Part shown: positions 26,197 through 35,550 of the stretch, one piece after another | Position numbering within the stretch: the first letter of the stretch is position 1 | How the letters are laid out: each line of letters opens with the position of its first letter | Source: Clostridiales bacterium | GTDB lineage: Bacteria; Bacillota; Clostridia; Christensenellales; UBA1242 | DNA length: 64,000 nt | Assembly: GCA_015069415.1 (NCBI GenBank) | Contig: SVIQ01000005.1 | Coordinates: forward strand, 27,415-91,414 | Reading direction: 5' to 3' | The notes under the pieces: model-generated | What the model was told of the DNA's origin: nothing | Databases searched by the model: none | What the model saw: the letters and a program-made list of their open reading frames with translations, nothing else | Program-made: the position numbers and the translations under genes

Positions 26197-26388
26197 ATGG
26201 CAGTTCCAAAGGGAAAAGTGTCAAAAGCTAGACGTGACAAACGTCGTGCTAACTGGAAAGCAGCTGTTCCTACTCTTGTTGAATGTCCTCACTGTCACGA
26301 AAAGAAAGTGGCTCACAGAATTTGTAAGAATTGTGGATACTACGATGGAGAACAAGTTGTAAACGTTGACAAAAAAGAAAGTAAATAG
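26197..26388 (+). CDS. rpmF: 50S ribosomal protein L32
   Basis: [21 protein letters not shown] plus the zinc ribbon CPHC...CKNCGYY. Confidence 0.95.
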   Translation: MAVPKGKVSKARRDKRRANWKAAVPTLVECPHCHEKKVAHRICKNCGYYDGEQVVNVDKKESK

Positions 26389-26409
26389 AGCTTAGCGCTC
26401 TATTTTTTC
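26385..26409 (+). terminator. rho-independent terminator after rpmF
   Basis: 7-bp stem ATAGAGC/GCTCTAT followed by a T-run. Confidence 0.6.
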
Positions 26410-26453
26410 TTTATTTACTTGTCAAAAAGTTTGTTTTAAGTTAAAATAAAAGC

Positions 26454-27566
26454 ATGAAGAGAATAATTGAAACATTAAGAGAAAATGAAGAAAAGATTTT
26501 AAAAATTGTGCTTAGTGACACAAAAAGTGAAGTAAAGAAAATTCTAGTTCGTCCAATTAAGATGAAAAATGCAATCAAATGGCAAATTGAGAGAACAATT
26601 GGCGCTCAAGTTTTCCATGAAAATGTTGATTTTGATGAGGTTTTGAACTTGAATTGTAATGATTACAAGCAAATTTTAGTAGTGCTCACTAACGAAGAAA
26701 TTACTTTTAGTAAAACGAAAAATTCGTATCATATGAAAAGAAAAGAAACGCAAGTAAAAGAAAAGACTGTAGAGCATAATAAGGCAAAAAATTACTTTAT
26801 TAATGAGGGTGATGATTGTCCGGCTTTGGTTGATTTAGGAGTGTTTACAAAGGATAACAAAATTGTTAAATCAATGTATGACAAATTTAAGCAAATCAAC
26901 AAGTTTATTGAGATAATTGATGATGCTTTTAAAGAAACAAAAGAGAAAGAATTTACAATTTTAGACTTTGGCTGTGGAAAGTCTTATTTAACATTTTTAG
27001 TGTATTATTACTTCGTTGAAATTAAGAAATTAAAAGCAAATATCATTGGTTATGATATAAAGAAAGATGTAGTTGAAAACTGCAATAAAATTGCTGAAAA
27101 ATACAAATATGAAAACCTTAAATTTTATTTAAAAGACGTTAAGAAAGATGAATTGTTTAAAGGTAAAATTGACATGGTAATTTCGCTTCATGCGTGCGAC
27201 ACTGCTACTGATTTTGCTCTCGATTTTGCAATTAAGAATGATGTTAAAAATATATTTTCAGTGCCTTGTTGTCAGCATGAAATAAACTTGTCAATAAAGA
27301 AAGGGGGAGATTACGATTTGCTCATGAAAGATGGGCTAATCAAAGAACGTTTTTCAGCACTTCTAACTGACGCAATTAGAGTTGAGGTGTTAAGAGCAAG
27401 AGGGTATAGTGTAGATGTAATTGAATTTGTCGATTTTGCTCATTCGCCTAAAAATTTGATGATTAGAGCAAAGAGAAATAGTAAACATGCACCTATTAAA
27501 AATTTGTTAGAATTGAAAGAAAAATATAAATTTAATCAAACTTTGTTAGATTTACAATCTAAATAA
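26454..27566 (+). CDS. class I SAM-dependent methyltransferase, substrate unknown
   Basis: Motif I ILDFGCGKSYLTF, then a downstream acidic loop and CCQHE. 370 aa. Confidence 0.6.
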   Translation: MKRIIETLRENEEKILKIVLSDTKSEVKKILVRPIKMKNAIKWQIERTIGAQVFHENVDFDEVLNLNCNDYKQILVVLTNEEITFSKTKNSYHMKRKETQVKEKTVEHNKAKNYFINEGDDCPALVDLGVFTKDNKIVKSMYDKFKQINKFIEIIDDAFKETKEKEFTILDFGCGKSYLTFLVYYYFVEIKKLKANIIGYDIKKDVVENCNKIAEKYKYENLKFYLKDVKKDELFKGKIDMVISLHACDTATDFALDFAIKNDVKNIFSVPCCQHEINLSIKKGGDYDLLMKDGLIKERFSALLTDAIRVEVLRARGYSVDVIEFVDFAHSPKNLMIRAKRNSKHAPIKNLLELKEKYKFNQTLLDLQSK

Positions 27567-27632
27567 CGAAAATTTGCATTATTTTGTTTGTTAAAATTTT
27601 AAGTTTGGTGTAAAATGAAATTAGGAGAAATT

Positions 27633-28634
27633 ATGAAAATAGTAATAGATGCTTTTGGTGGAGATTATGCTCCAAGAGAAATAGTAGCGGGAGCTGTAAA
27701 GGCTTTACAAGCAAATGAAAAATTAGAATTAGTTTTAGTGGGAGATAAAGACAAAATTACTGAAATTTTGCAAGACTTAGTTTTTGTTAGTGACAGACTT
27801 GAAATTGTTCACGCTCCAGACGTTGTAACAATGAATGATGTGCCTACTGTTGCAATTAGAACAAAGAAAACTTCAAGTATTGTAGTCGCTTACGATTACT
27901 TAAAAAATAATGATGACGCAGTGGCATTAATTAGTGCTGGTAGCACAGGTGCAACTCTTGCTGGATCAGTTTTGAAACTTGGTAGAATTAAAGGAATTTC
28001 AAGACCAGCACTAGCACCGCTTCTTCCAACTGTAAATGACGGAAATGTTATGCTTTTAGACTGTGGAGCAAATGCTGAATGCAAAGCAGAAAACTTGTTG
28101 CATTTTGCAATCATGGGAAATGAGTACATGAAAGCAATGGGAATTAAAAAACCTAAGATTGCATTGCTTAACATTGGAACTGAAGAAGAAAAGGGTAGTG
28201 AAATGATTAAAGAAGCTTACGAACTTCTTAAAAATTCAAACCTTAACTTTGTTGGAAACATTGAAGCAAGAGATGTTATGAAAGGTATGGTTGACGTTGT
28301 GGTTGCGGACGGTTTCTCTGGAAATATTTGCTTAAAAACAATTGAAGGAACAGCTGAAATCTTGTTCGGTGAAATTAAAGACGTCACTCACAAATCATTA
28401 AAAACAAAAATCGGTGCTTTAATGCTTAAGAAAGGTCTTTATGGAATTAAGAAAAAATATGATTACCGTAAAGTTGGCGGAGCACCAATGCTTGGCGTTA
28501 ACAAAATTGTTTTAAAATGTCATGGAAACAGCAAGGCAGACAGCATTGAAACAACAATTCATCAAGCTTATGAACTTGCTAATAATAATTTAATCGAAAA
28601 GGTAAGGAAAGCAGTAAGTAAAAATGAAGAATAA
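27633..28634 (+). CDS. plsX: phosphate acyltransferase PlsX
   Basis: MKIVIDAFGGDYAP N-terminus and ADGFSGN. AGGAGA RBS before the ATG at 27633. Confidence 0.9.
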   Translation: MKIVIDAFGGDYAPREIVAGAVKALQANEKLELVLVGDKDKITEILQDLVFVSDRLEIVHAPDVVTMNDVPTVAIRTKKTSSIVVAYDYLKNNDDAVALISAGSTGATLAGSVLKLGRIKGISRPALAPLLPTVNDGNVMLLDCGANAECKAENLLHFAIMGNEYMKAMGIKKPKIALLNIGTEEEKGSEMIKEAYELLKNSNLNFVGNIEARDVMKGMVDVVVADGFSGNICLKTIEGTAEILFGEIKDVTHKSLKTKIGALMLKKGLYGIKKKYDYRKVGGAPMLGVNKIVLKCHGNSKADSIETTIHQAYELANNNLIEKVRKAVSKNEE

Positions 28635-29274
28635 TTTTATTGAACTTTTTGAAAAATGTAAGGATGAGTTAAAAGATTTAGCATTTACTCATTCTTCTTT
28701 TGCTAACCAGCACGGAGTTGAAAGCAACGAAAGAGTTGAGTTTTTAGGTGACACTGTTTTGTCTACAATTGTTAGTGATTATCTTTACAAGCATTATCAC
28801 AAAACTGAAGGCAAAATGACTAAAATTCGTTCAAGTTTTGTGTGTACTGAAAATTTAAGTAAACTTGCAAAAGAGTTAGGTATTGAAAGTAGAATTAAAA
28901 TTGGAAAATCTTTAACACAAATATCCGACGCTATCCTTGCTGATACAATTGAAAGTATGATTGGTGTAATGTACTTGTCGTTCGGTCTTCATTCAATATC
29001 TGGAGCAGTGTTAAATGCTCTTAAGGTAAAAGAAATTTTAAAAGCTGGTGGAATTAAAACTGATTTTAAAAGCGAACTTCAAGAATACACGCAAGAAAGA
29101 AAATTAAAATTAAATTACGAAGTTGAAAAATATGAAACGGCTGGCGGACAAATGAACTTTAGAGCAAATTGCTTCGTGTCAGGTGAATTTTTGTCTTATG
29201 GACAAGGCTCTACTAAGAGAGAAGCAGAGCAAAATTCAGCTAAACTAGCCCTTCAAAAATTAAAGAAAAAATAG
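28624..29274 (+). CDS. rnc: ribonuclease III
   Basis: Signature ERVEFLGDTVL and a C-terminal dsRBD (KREAEQNSAKLALQKL). Confidence 0.9.
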   Translation: MKNNFIELFEKCKDELKDLAFTHSSFANQHGVESNERVEFLGDTVLSTIVSDYLYKHYHKTEGKMTKIRSSFVCTENLSKLAKELGIESRIKIGKSLTQISDAILADTIESMIGVMYLSFGLHSISGAVLNALKVKEILKAGGIKTDFKSELQEYTQERKLKLNYEVEKYETAGGQMNFRANCFVSGEFLSYGQGSTKREAEQNSAKLALQKLKKK

Positions 29275-29286
29275 ACATTATTTTGT

Positions 29287-29315
29287 TTGACAATATATTA
29301 AAAAAGTGCTAGAAT
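29287..29315 (+). promoter_or_regulatory. near-consensus sigma-A promoter of rpoZ-priA
   Basis: TTGACA, 17-nt spacer, TGc-TAGAAT. Confidence 0.6.
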
Positions 29316-29336
29316 TAGCACGTATAAGGAGATATT

Positions 29337-29534
29337 ATGTTATTTGAACCACCTATTGATGAATTAGCAAAATTGGCAGGTTGCCGTTACGCTGTTGCTA
29401 TTATTGTTGGAGCAAGAGCAAAAGATTTGGAAAACAAAATCCCAACATTATTGAACGGAAGCGCAAATCTTGCGATTGACTATGCCGCAAATGAACTTTT
29501 CCGTGGAGAAGTTGTAGGAGTTCAATCTAAATAA
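29337..29534 (+). CDS. rpoZ: RNA polymerase omega subunit
   Basis: 65 aa, MLFEPPIDELAKLAGCRYAVAIIVGARAKDL, omega-like. AAGGAG RBS. Confidence 0.75.
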   Translation: MLFEPPIDELAKLAGCRYAVAIIVGARAKDLENKIPTLLNGSANLAIDYAANELFRGEVVGVQSK

Positions 29535-29536
29535 AA

Positions 29537-31714
29537 ATGTTTGCTCGCGTTATAGTAGATATCTCCAACGATGCAGTTGACCGCATTTTCGATTACAGAG
29601 CTTTGTCTGACACTAAAATTGGAATGAGAGTTCTTGTCCCATTTGGTGGAAGAAAAGTTATGGGATATGTGGTGGCTCTCACAAATCAAACAGATTTTGA
29701 TGAAACTAAGGTTAAATCTATTATCGCGAATTTGGAAAACGAACCAAAATTAAGGCCTGAGATTTTAGAACTTAGTTTCTATTTAGCTCGGCACTTTTTT
29801 TTACGACTTAGTGACTGTATTAAACTTGTTTTACCTTCGTGTGTAAGAAACTTTAGTCAGCATGAACAAACCGAGTTTATTTTAAGTAATGTTTACGATA
29901 TTGAAACAAGTATTAACATGATAGGAAATCGCGCAAAAAATCAGTTGTCGGCGGTTGCTTATTTAAATGAACATGCCGAAGAAAAGTTTTCAAAGATGGT
30001 TGAACTTTTTGGCCGTACAAGTATAAATGCATTAGTTGAAAAAGGACTTGTTTTAAAAACTCCAATTAGAAAAATGCGTGCTCCTGAGTTTACAGGTGAA
30101 AATGTAAAAAGAAATGTTTTAACACCTCTTCAAGAAAGTGCAGTAAATCAAATTTCAGGAGAGGACAAAACATTCCTACTTCAAGGAGTTACTGGAAGTG
30201 GAAAGACTGAAGTTTACATGAACATAATTGAAAGAGCTGTAAACGACAACAAAACGGCAATTATGCTTGTTCCAGAAATTTCTCTTACTCCACAAATGAT
30301 GAGTAGATTCAATTCTCGTTTTCCGGGGATTGTCGCTGTTCTTCACAGCGGACTTAGTGAAGGGGAACGATTTGACGAATGGGAAAGAATATTCTCGGGA
30401 GAGGCTAAAGTAGTGCTTGGTGCAAGGAGTGCAATATTTGCGCCACTTGAAAATTTAGGTGTAATTGTAATTGATGAAGAGCATGACGGGTCTTATATCA
30501 GCGAAACTAATCCTAGATTTGTTACTCACGATGTTGCAAATTGGAGAGCAAGAAAAAATAAATGTCCTTTAATTTTAGGAAGCGCAACACCAAGCATTGA
30601 AACATTTAAGAAGTCTATGGATGGAGAATATACGTTAGTAGAACTTCCAGAGCGTGTTGGTGGGTTAAGCATGCCTAACATTGAAATTGTAGACATGTTA
30701 GGGGAAGTTATGGATGGAAACACAACTCCATTTAGTAGAGCATTGTTGTCGGGAGTTGAAAATTCAATTAAGAGTAAAAAGCAATCAATTTTGTTTATTA
30801 ATAGACGTGGCTTTGCATCTTTCATGATGTGTAGAGAGTGTGGTTACAGAGCTAAATGTGATGACTGTGAAGTTAGTCTTGTTTACCACAAAGAAGATAA
30901 TGAATTAAAGTGTCATTTCTGTGGGAAAAGATATAGAATGCTAACAAACTGTCCGGGATGTAAAAGTAGCAATATAAAATATGGAGCATTAGGAACAGAA
31001 CGTGTTTGCGAAGATTTAAGAAATTTATTTCCAGACGTTCCTGTGTTTAGAATGGATAATGACACAACTAAAGGAAAGAATGGGCACAAGAAAATTTTAG
31101 AAGAGTTTAGTAAAACAAGCCCAAGCATTTTGGTTGGAACTCAAATGATTGCAAAAGGGCATGATTATCCTCTTGTTAATTTTGTTGGAATTTTAGATGC
31201 TGACGTAAGTCTTTACAACAGTGATTACAAATCAAACGAAAGAACTTTCCAGCTTGTTACTCAGGTGGCGGGTAGAGCTGGTAGAAAAACAGATGATGGT
31301 TCTGTGGTGCTTCAAACTTATGCGCCGAAACATTATGTTTATCGTTTTGCTAAAAATTACGATTACTTAAATTTTTATCATAAAGAGATTAATTTAAGGC
31401 AGACGACAGGATTTCCTCCGTATTCAACAATTTTAAGAATTCTTGTGAGTAGTGTTAGCGACAATAGGGCAAAAGAAGTTACAAAAAAACTTTATGACTT
31501 AGCGCTTGAAATCAAGCAAAAGCATAGGGGAGAGATAATCTTTATGCAAGCTATGCCGTCTCCGGTTAAAAGAATTCAAACAAAATATCGCTATCAAATC
31601 TTGACTAGATTTGTTCCAAGTGATACAATAACTAAAGAATTTTATGATATTTGTGATATCATAGAAAAAGATGTTTCAATTTTCGTTGAAACAAATCCAA
31701 ATAATTTGAGGTAA
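29537..31714 (+). CDS. priA: primosomal protein N' (PriA helicase)
   Basis: GVTGSGKTEVY, DEEHD, and a Cys-rich zinc-binding insert (CRECGY...CDDC...CHFCG...CPGC). Confidence 0.9.
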   Translation: MFARVIVDISNDAVDRIFDYRALSDTKIGMRVLVPFGGRKVMGYVVALTNQTDFDETKVKSIIANLENEPKLRPEILELSFYLARHFFLRLSDCIKLVLPSCVRNFSQHEQTEFILSNVYDIETSINMIGNRAKNQLSAVAYLNEHAEEKFSKMVELFGRTSINALVEKGLVLKTPIRKMRAPEFTGENVKRNVLTPLQESAVNQISGEDKTFLLQGVTGSGKTEVYMNIIERAVNDNKTAIMLVPEISLTPQMMSRFNSRFPGIVAVLHSGLSEGERFDEWERIFSGEAKVVLGARSAIFAPLENLGVIVIDEEHDGSYISETNPRFVTHDVANWRARKNKCPLILGSATPSIETFKKSMDGEYTLVELPERVGGLSMPNIEIVDMLGEVMDGNTTPFSRALLSGVENSIKSKKQSILFINRRGFASFMMCRECGYRAKCDDCEVSLVYHKEDNELKCHFCGKRYRMLTNCPGCKSSNIKYGALGTERVCEDLRNLFPDVPVFRMDNDTTKGKNGHKKILEEFSKTSPSILVGTQMIAKGHDYPLVNFVGILDADVSLYNSDYKSNERTFQLVTQVAGRAGRKTDDGSVVLQTYAPKHYVYRFAKNYDYLNFYHKEINLRQTTGFPPYSTILRILVSSVSDNRAKEVTKKLYDLALEIKQKHRGEIIFMQAMPSPVKRIQTKYRYQILTRFVPSDTITKEFYDICDIIEKDVSIFVETNPNNLR

Positions 31715-31717
31715 ATT

Positions 31718-32188
31718 ATGGCAATTAGAGAAATTGTTCCACATTCAGAAAGTTTCATTAGAAAGAAGAGTAAACCGGTTAAGGCTTTTGACGAAAAATT
31801 GTGGGAACTTTTAGATGATATGCATGAAACTCTAGATGACAGAATGGGTGCTGGACTTAGTGCAGTTCAAGTGGGAGTTTTAAAACGTGTTTTCATTATT
31901 GACATTAACAATATGAAAATGGAATTTATTAATCCAGAGATTATATCAAGCGAGGGTGAACAGTACAAAAAAGAGGGATGCTTGAGCGTTGCTCTTCCTT
32001 TTGGTTATGTAAAACGTCCATTCACTGTTACGGTAAGAGCATATGACAGATTTGGCAACCTTTTCACATTAACATGTGAAGATTGGACAGCTGTTTGTAT
32101 TTGTCATGAAAACGACCATTTAGACGGTGTTCTTTATATAGATAAAATGTGTGTTCCACCAAAAGACATGATGGAGGATGACGAATAA
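31718..32188 (+). CDS. def: peptide deformylase
   Basis: All three motifs are present: GAGLSAVQVG, EGCLSV, HENDHLDG. Confidence 0.95.
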   Translation: MAIREIVPHSESFIRKKSKPVKAFDEKLWELLDDMHETLDDRMGAGLSAVQVGVLKRVFIIDINNMKMEFINPEIISSEGEQYKKEGCLSVALPFGYVKRPFTVTVRAYDRFGNLFTLTCEDWTAVCICHENDHLDGVLYIDKMCVPPKDMMEDDE

Positions 32189-33108
32189 TGAAAATAGTTT
32201 TCTTTGGAACTGGAAAATTTAGCGCTACAGTTCTTGAGGGACTCTTAAATCAAGGAAGAGAGATTGTAGGAGTTGTAACACAACCGGATAAAGTAAACGG
32301 AAGAAACAACAAAGTAATTTTTTCTGACATTAAAAAATTGTGCCTTGAAAAAAATCTTCCATTGTTTCAGTTTGCTAAATTAAATCTCGAAGGGGAAGAA
32401 GTTTTAAAGGAACTTAATGCTGACATTTTTGTTACAGCTAGTTACGGTCAAATCATTAAGCAAAACATTTTGGACATTCCTAGATTTGGAACGATTAATG
32501 TTCATGCTAGTCTTCTTCCAAAGTATAGAGGACCAGCTCCAATCCAATGGGCAATTATGAATGGAGAAACTAAAACTGGTGTTACAATTATGAAGACTGA
32601 ACTCGGTCTTGACACTGGAGATATTTACTTAAAACGCGAAATAGATATAATGGAAGACGATACTTCATCTAGTGTATTTAACAAATTGGCTCTACTAGGA
32701 ATAGATTGTTTAGATGAATTCTTTAACAATTTTGAACATTACAAAAACAACCATATTCCGCAAAACGATGCTGAAGCAACATATTTCCCAATGTTTAAAA
32801 AAGAAGATTTCCAAATTGATTTTTCCGTACGAGCAAAAGACGTTCTCAACAAGATTAGAGCTCTGGAAGGCAGTTTCTTTGTATATCGCGGAATGAGATT
32901 TAAAGTGTTCACTGCAAAAGTTAGAGAAGAAAAAGGAAAAGCTGGAGAAATTTTAGCTTGTTCATCAAAATTAGGATTTATAGTTGCAACAAAAGATAAA
33001 AGTCTTGAAATTCTAGAAATTCAACCAGAAGGAAAATCTAGAATGGATGCAAAAAGTTATATGAATTCAAATAAGTTTGTTTTAGGAGATATAATTGAAA
33101 ATTCTTAG
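32188..33108 (+). CDS. fmt: methionyl-tRNA formyltransferase
   Basis: HASLLPKYRGPAPIQWAI. Position after def. Confidence 0.9.
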   Translation: MKIVFFGTGKFSATVLEGLLNQGREIVGVVTQPDKVNGRNNKVIFSDIKKLCLEKNLPLFQFAKLNLEGEEVLKELNADIFVTASYGQIIKQNILDIPRFGTINVHASLLPKYRGPAPIQWAIMNGETKTGVTIMKTELGLDTGDIYLKREIDIMEDDTSSSVFNKLALLGIDCLDEFFNNFEHYKNNHIPQNDAEATYFPMFKKEDFQIDFSVRAKDVLNKIRALEGSFFVYRGMRFKVFTAKVREEKGKAGEILACSSKLGFIVATKDKSLEILEIQPEGKSRMDAKSYMNSNKFVLGDIIENS

Positions 33109-34120
33109 CGATTTTAGTCTTGAAGAATTGAAAAATGAATTGACACATATTCAATCGTTTCGTGTCAAACAAATTTTTGATGCAATTCATCAATCAAAAG
33201 ACTATGCTGACACAAATTTACCTAAAAATTTAATTGAAGAATTAAAAGAAAATTACATTTTAAAACCGGCTGAGATTTTTAGAAAATTAGAAAGCAAAGA
33301 TGGAACTAAGAAATATTTAATCAAACTTCATGATGATAATTTAATTGAATGTGTTTTCTTGTTTCAAGATTATGGTAATACAATCTGTTTGTCAACACAA
33401 GTTGGTTGTAGAATGGGGTGCAAATTTTGTGCAAGCACAGAAAACGGACTTATTAGAAATTTAAGTGCTGGCGAAATGCTTAGTGTGGTAGCTCTTGTCA
33501 ATGCAGACAACGGCAAATGTAACGAACGAAATTTTACTAACATTGTACTTATGGGTAGCGGAGAACCGTTAGATAATTTTGACAACGTTGTGAAGTGGTT
33601 AAAATTAATTACTTCTAAAGACGGATTTAATCTTAGCGAAAGAAATATTTCACTTTCAACATGCGGACTAGTAGACAAAATTCATGAACTAAGTAAAAAA
33701 GATTTTCAAATTACATTGTGCGTGTCTTTGCATGCAACGACAGATGAAATAAGAAAAACAATTATGCCAATTGCAAATGCTTACAAAATCGAAGATATAA
33801 TTAACGCGCTAAAAGAGTATGTTGCAAAGACTAAAAGAAGAGTTGTGTTTGAATATTGTTTGATTAAAGACGTAAATGATAGTGATTTAGACATTAAACG
33901 ACTTAAACAATTAACTCGAGATTTGCTTTGCCATGTAAACGTAATTTGCTTAAATCCAAATGGAGGTAGTTTAAAAGCCACTACAAAGGATGAAGCGAAA
34001 AACTTTGTTAAAAAGTTAAACGATGCCGGTGTTTCTGCAACTCTTAGAAGAAGTCAAGGAAGTGACATTGAAGGGGCTTGCGGAATGCTAAGGGCAAAAC
34101 ACTTAAAAAATAAAGAATAA
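33095..34120 (+). CDS. rlmN: 23S rRNA/tRNA adenine-C2 methyltransferase RlmN (radical SAM)
   Basis: CRMGCKFCAS radical-SAM cluster motif and a C-terminal GACG. TTG start behind an AGGAG RBS. Confidence 0.85.
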   Translation: MKILSDFSLEELKNELTHIQSFRVKQIFDAIHQSKDYADTNLPKNLIEELKENYILKPAEIFRKLESKDGTKKYLIKLHDDNLIECVFLFQDYGNTICLSTQVGCRMGCKFCASTENGLIRNLSAGEMLSVVALVNADNGKCNERNFTNIVLMGSGEPLDNFDNVVKWLKLITSKDGFNLSERNISLSTCGLVDKIHELSKKDFQITLCVSLHATTDEIRKTIMPIANAYKIEDIINALKEYVAKTKRRVVFEYCLIKDVNDSDLDIKRLKQLTRDLLCHVNVICLNPNGGSLKATTKDEAKNFVKKLNDAGVSATLRRSQGSDIEGACGMLRAKHLKNKE

Positions 34121-34133
34121 TTTAGCAAAAAAT

Positions 34134-34162
34134 GTCTTTAATTTTTCTTAAAGGCGTTTTTT
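34134..34162 (+). terminator. rho-independent terminator after rlmN
   Basis: 8-bp stem GTCTTTAA/TTAAAGGC (one G-U pair) followed by a T-run. Confidence 0.5.
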
Positions 34163-34208
34163 AATTTTACATTTTTTTAATTTATGATATAATAAAAGTG
34201 GAGTAATT

Positions 34209-34865
34209 ATGAAAAAAATAGTAGTTTCGGCTTCAAGCCTTCCAGCGGGAAGAAATATGTCTTCTCAAATTGAATACATCCAAAGAGTAGGAAATTTTGG
34301 TGCAGACATGTATCACCTTGACGTAATGGATGGAAAATTTGTTAAAACAAAGTCGTTAGATTACACATATTTTGAACAATTAAGAGAGAGATCTCCTCTT
34401 CTTTTTGACGTTCATTTAATGATTGAAAATCCTCAAAATTATGTAAATAAGTACATAAAAGCAAAATCAAACATAATCACAGTTCATGTAGAGGCAATGG
34501 ATGAAATTACTCTAGTTAAAACTCTAAAGAAAATTAAAAAAGCGGGAATAATGACTGGAATTGCAGTTGATCTTGACACTGACATTAGCTTAATCGACAA
34601 ATATCTCGATCAAATAGATTTAGTACTTATTCTTTGTGTTAAAGCTGGTAAAGGTGGTCAACCTTTCCAAAAAAGCGCATTAAAGAAAATTAAACATGTA
34701 AGAGAATTAAATCCAAACATTTTAATCGAAGTGGATGGAGGAATTGATCCAACTACTGGAGCTCAATGCGTTAAAGCGGGCGCTGACATTTTGGTAAGCG
34801 GAAATTACATTTACAACAACGACGCGTATCAGGCGATACAAGGGTTAAAGGGGAAGAATGGATAA
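34209..34865 (+). CDS. rpe: ribulose-phosphate 3-epimerase
   Basis: HLDVMDGKFV, DGGI, 218 aa. Confidence 0.85.
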   Translation: MKKIVVSASSLPAGRNMSSQIEYIQRVGNFGADMYHLDVMDGKFVKTKSLDYTYFEQLRERSPLLFDVHLMIENPQNYVNKYIKAKSNIITVHVEAMDEITLVKTLKKIKKAGIMTGIAVDLDTDISLIDKYLDQIDLVLILCVKAGKGGQPFQKSALKKIKHVRELNPNILIEVDGGIDPTTGAQCVKAGADILVSGNYIYNNDAYQAIQGLKGKNG

Positions 34866-35550
34866 TAGATACTATTTTAAAGAAAAAAATGATAATATAG
34901 TAATCTTCTCCTCAAGCGAAGCTCAACATTTAGCGAGAGTAAGGCGTGCTAAAATCGGAGATGAAATTGTTGGTTTTAATGGTGATGGAATAGATTACAA
35001 TTTAAAAATCATAGAAATAACTAAAGACAAGGTTAAAGCTGAAATTTTGTCCTCAACGAAAAACAAAGCATATGAAGACACTGGTGTTACTGTTTACTTG
35101 TCTTTCTTAAAAAATGACGCGTTGACAACTTTGATTGATCATTTGGCTGAACTGAATGTAAAAACAGTAAAGTTATTTAAATCTGACTTTTCAGTAGCAA
35201 ACCTTGATGAAAAGAAAATTGAAAAATTAAATCAAATTTCAATTCAAGCAAGTAAACAATGTGAAAGAGCTGACATAATGAAAATTGAATTGATCGCTAA
35301 GTCTCAAATAGAAAAAGATTTAGAAGGAAAATTATGTTTCTTCGCATATGAAAATGCAGATGAAAAAATAACAAGTTTTAGTGGTGATTTTGCTGTAATC
35401 ATTGGACCAGAAGGAGGATTTTCACCTGATGAAGTTCAACTCTTTTCAAAGTTTTGTAAAACAATAAGTTTAGGTAAAACTATTCTTAGAGCAGAAGTTG
35501 CTGGAGTGGTGGCGGTAAGCTCTCTAAAGGCGGTGCAACATGAAAGCTAG
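34858..35550 (+). CDS. rsmE: 16S rRNA (uracil1498-N3)-methyltransferase RsmE
   Basis: C-terminal SPOUT motif IIGPEGGFSPDEV and LGKTILRAE. Confidence 0.8.
   Translation: MDNRYYFKEKNDNIVIFSSSEAQHLARVRRAKIGDEIVGFNGDGIDYNLKIIEITKDKVKAEILSSTKNKAYEDTGVTVYLSFLKNDALTTLIDHLAELNVKTVKLFKSDFSVANLDEKKIEKLNQISIQASKQCERADIMKIELIAKSQIEKDLEGKLCFFAYENADEKITSFSGDFAVIIGPEGGFSPDEVQLFSKFCKTISLGKTILRAEVAGVVAVSSLKAVQHES

Noticed and set aside
26096-26362. 88-aa + strand ORF overlapping rpmF in another frame.
   Set aside because: It begins inside the rpmF promoter (its first codons are the -35 box) and overlaps the unmistakable L32 frame. I treat it as spurious.
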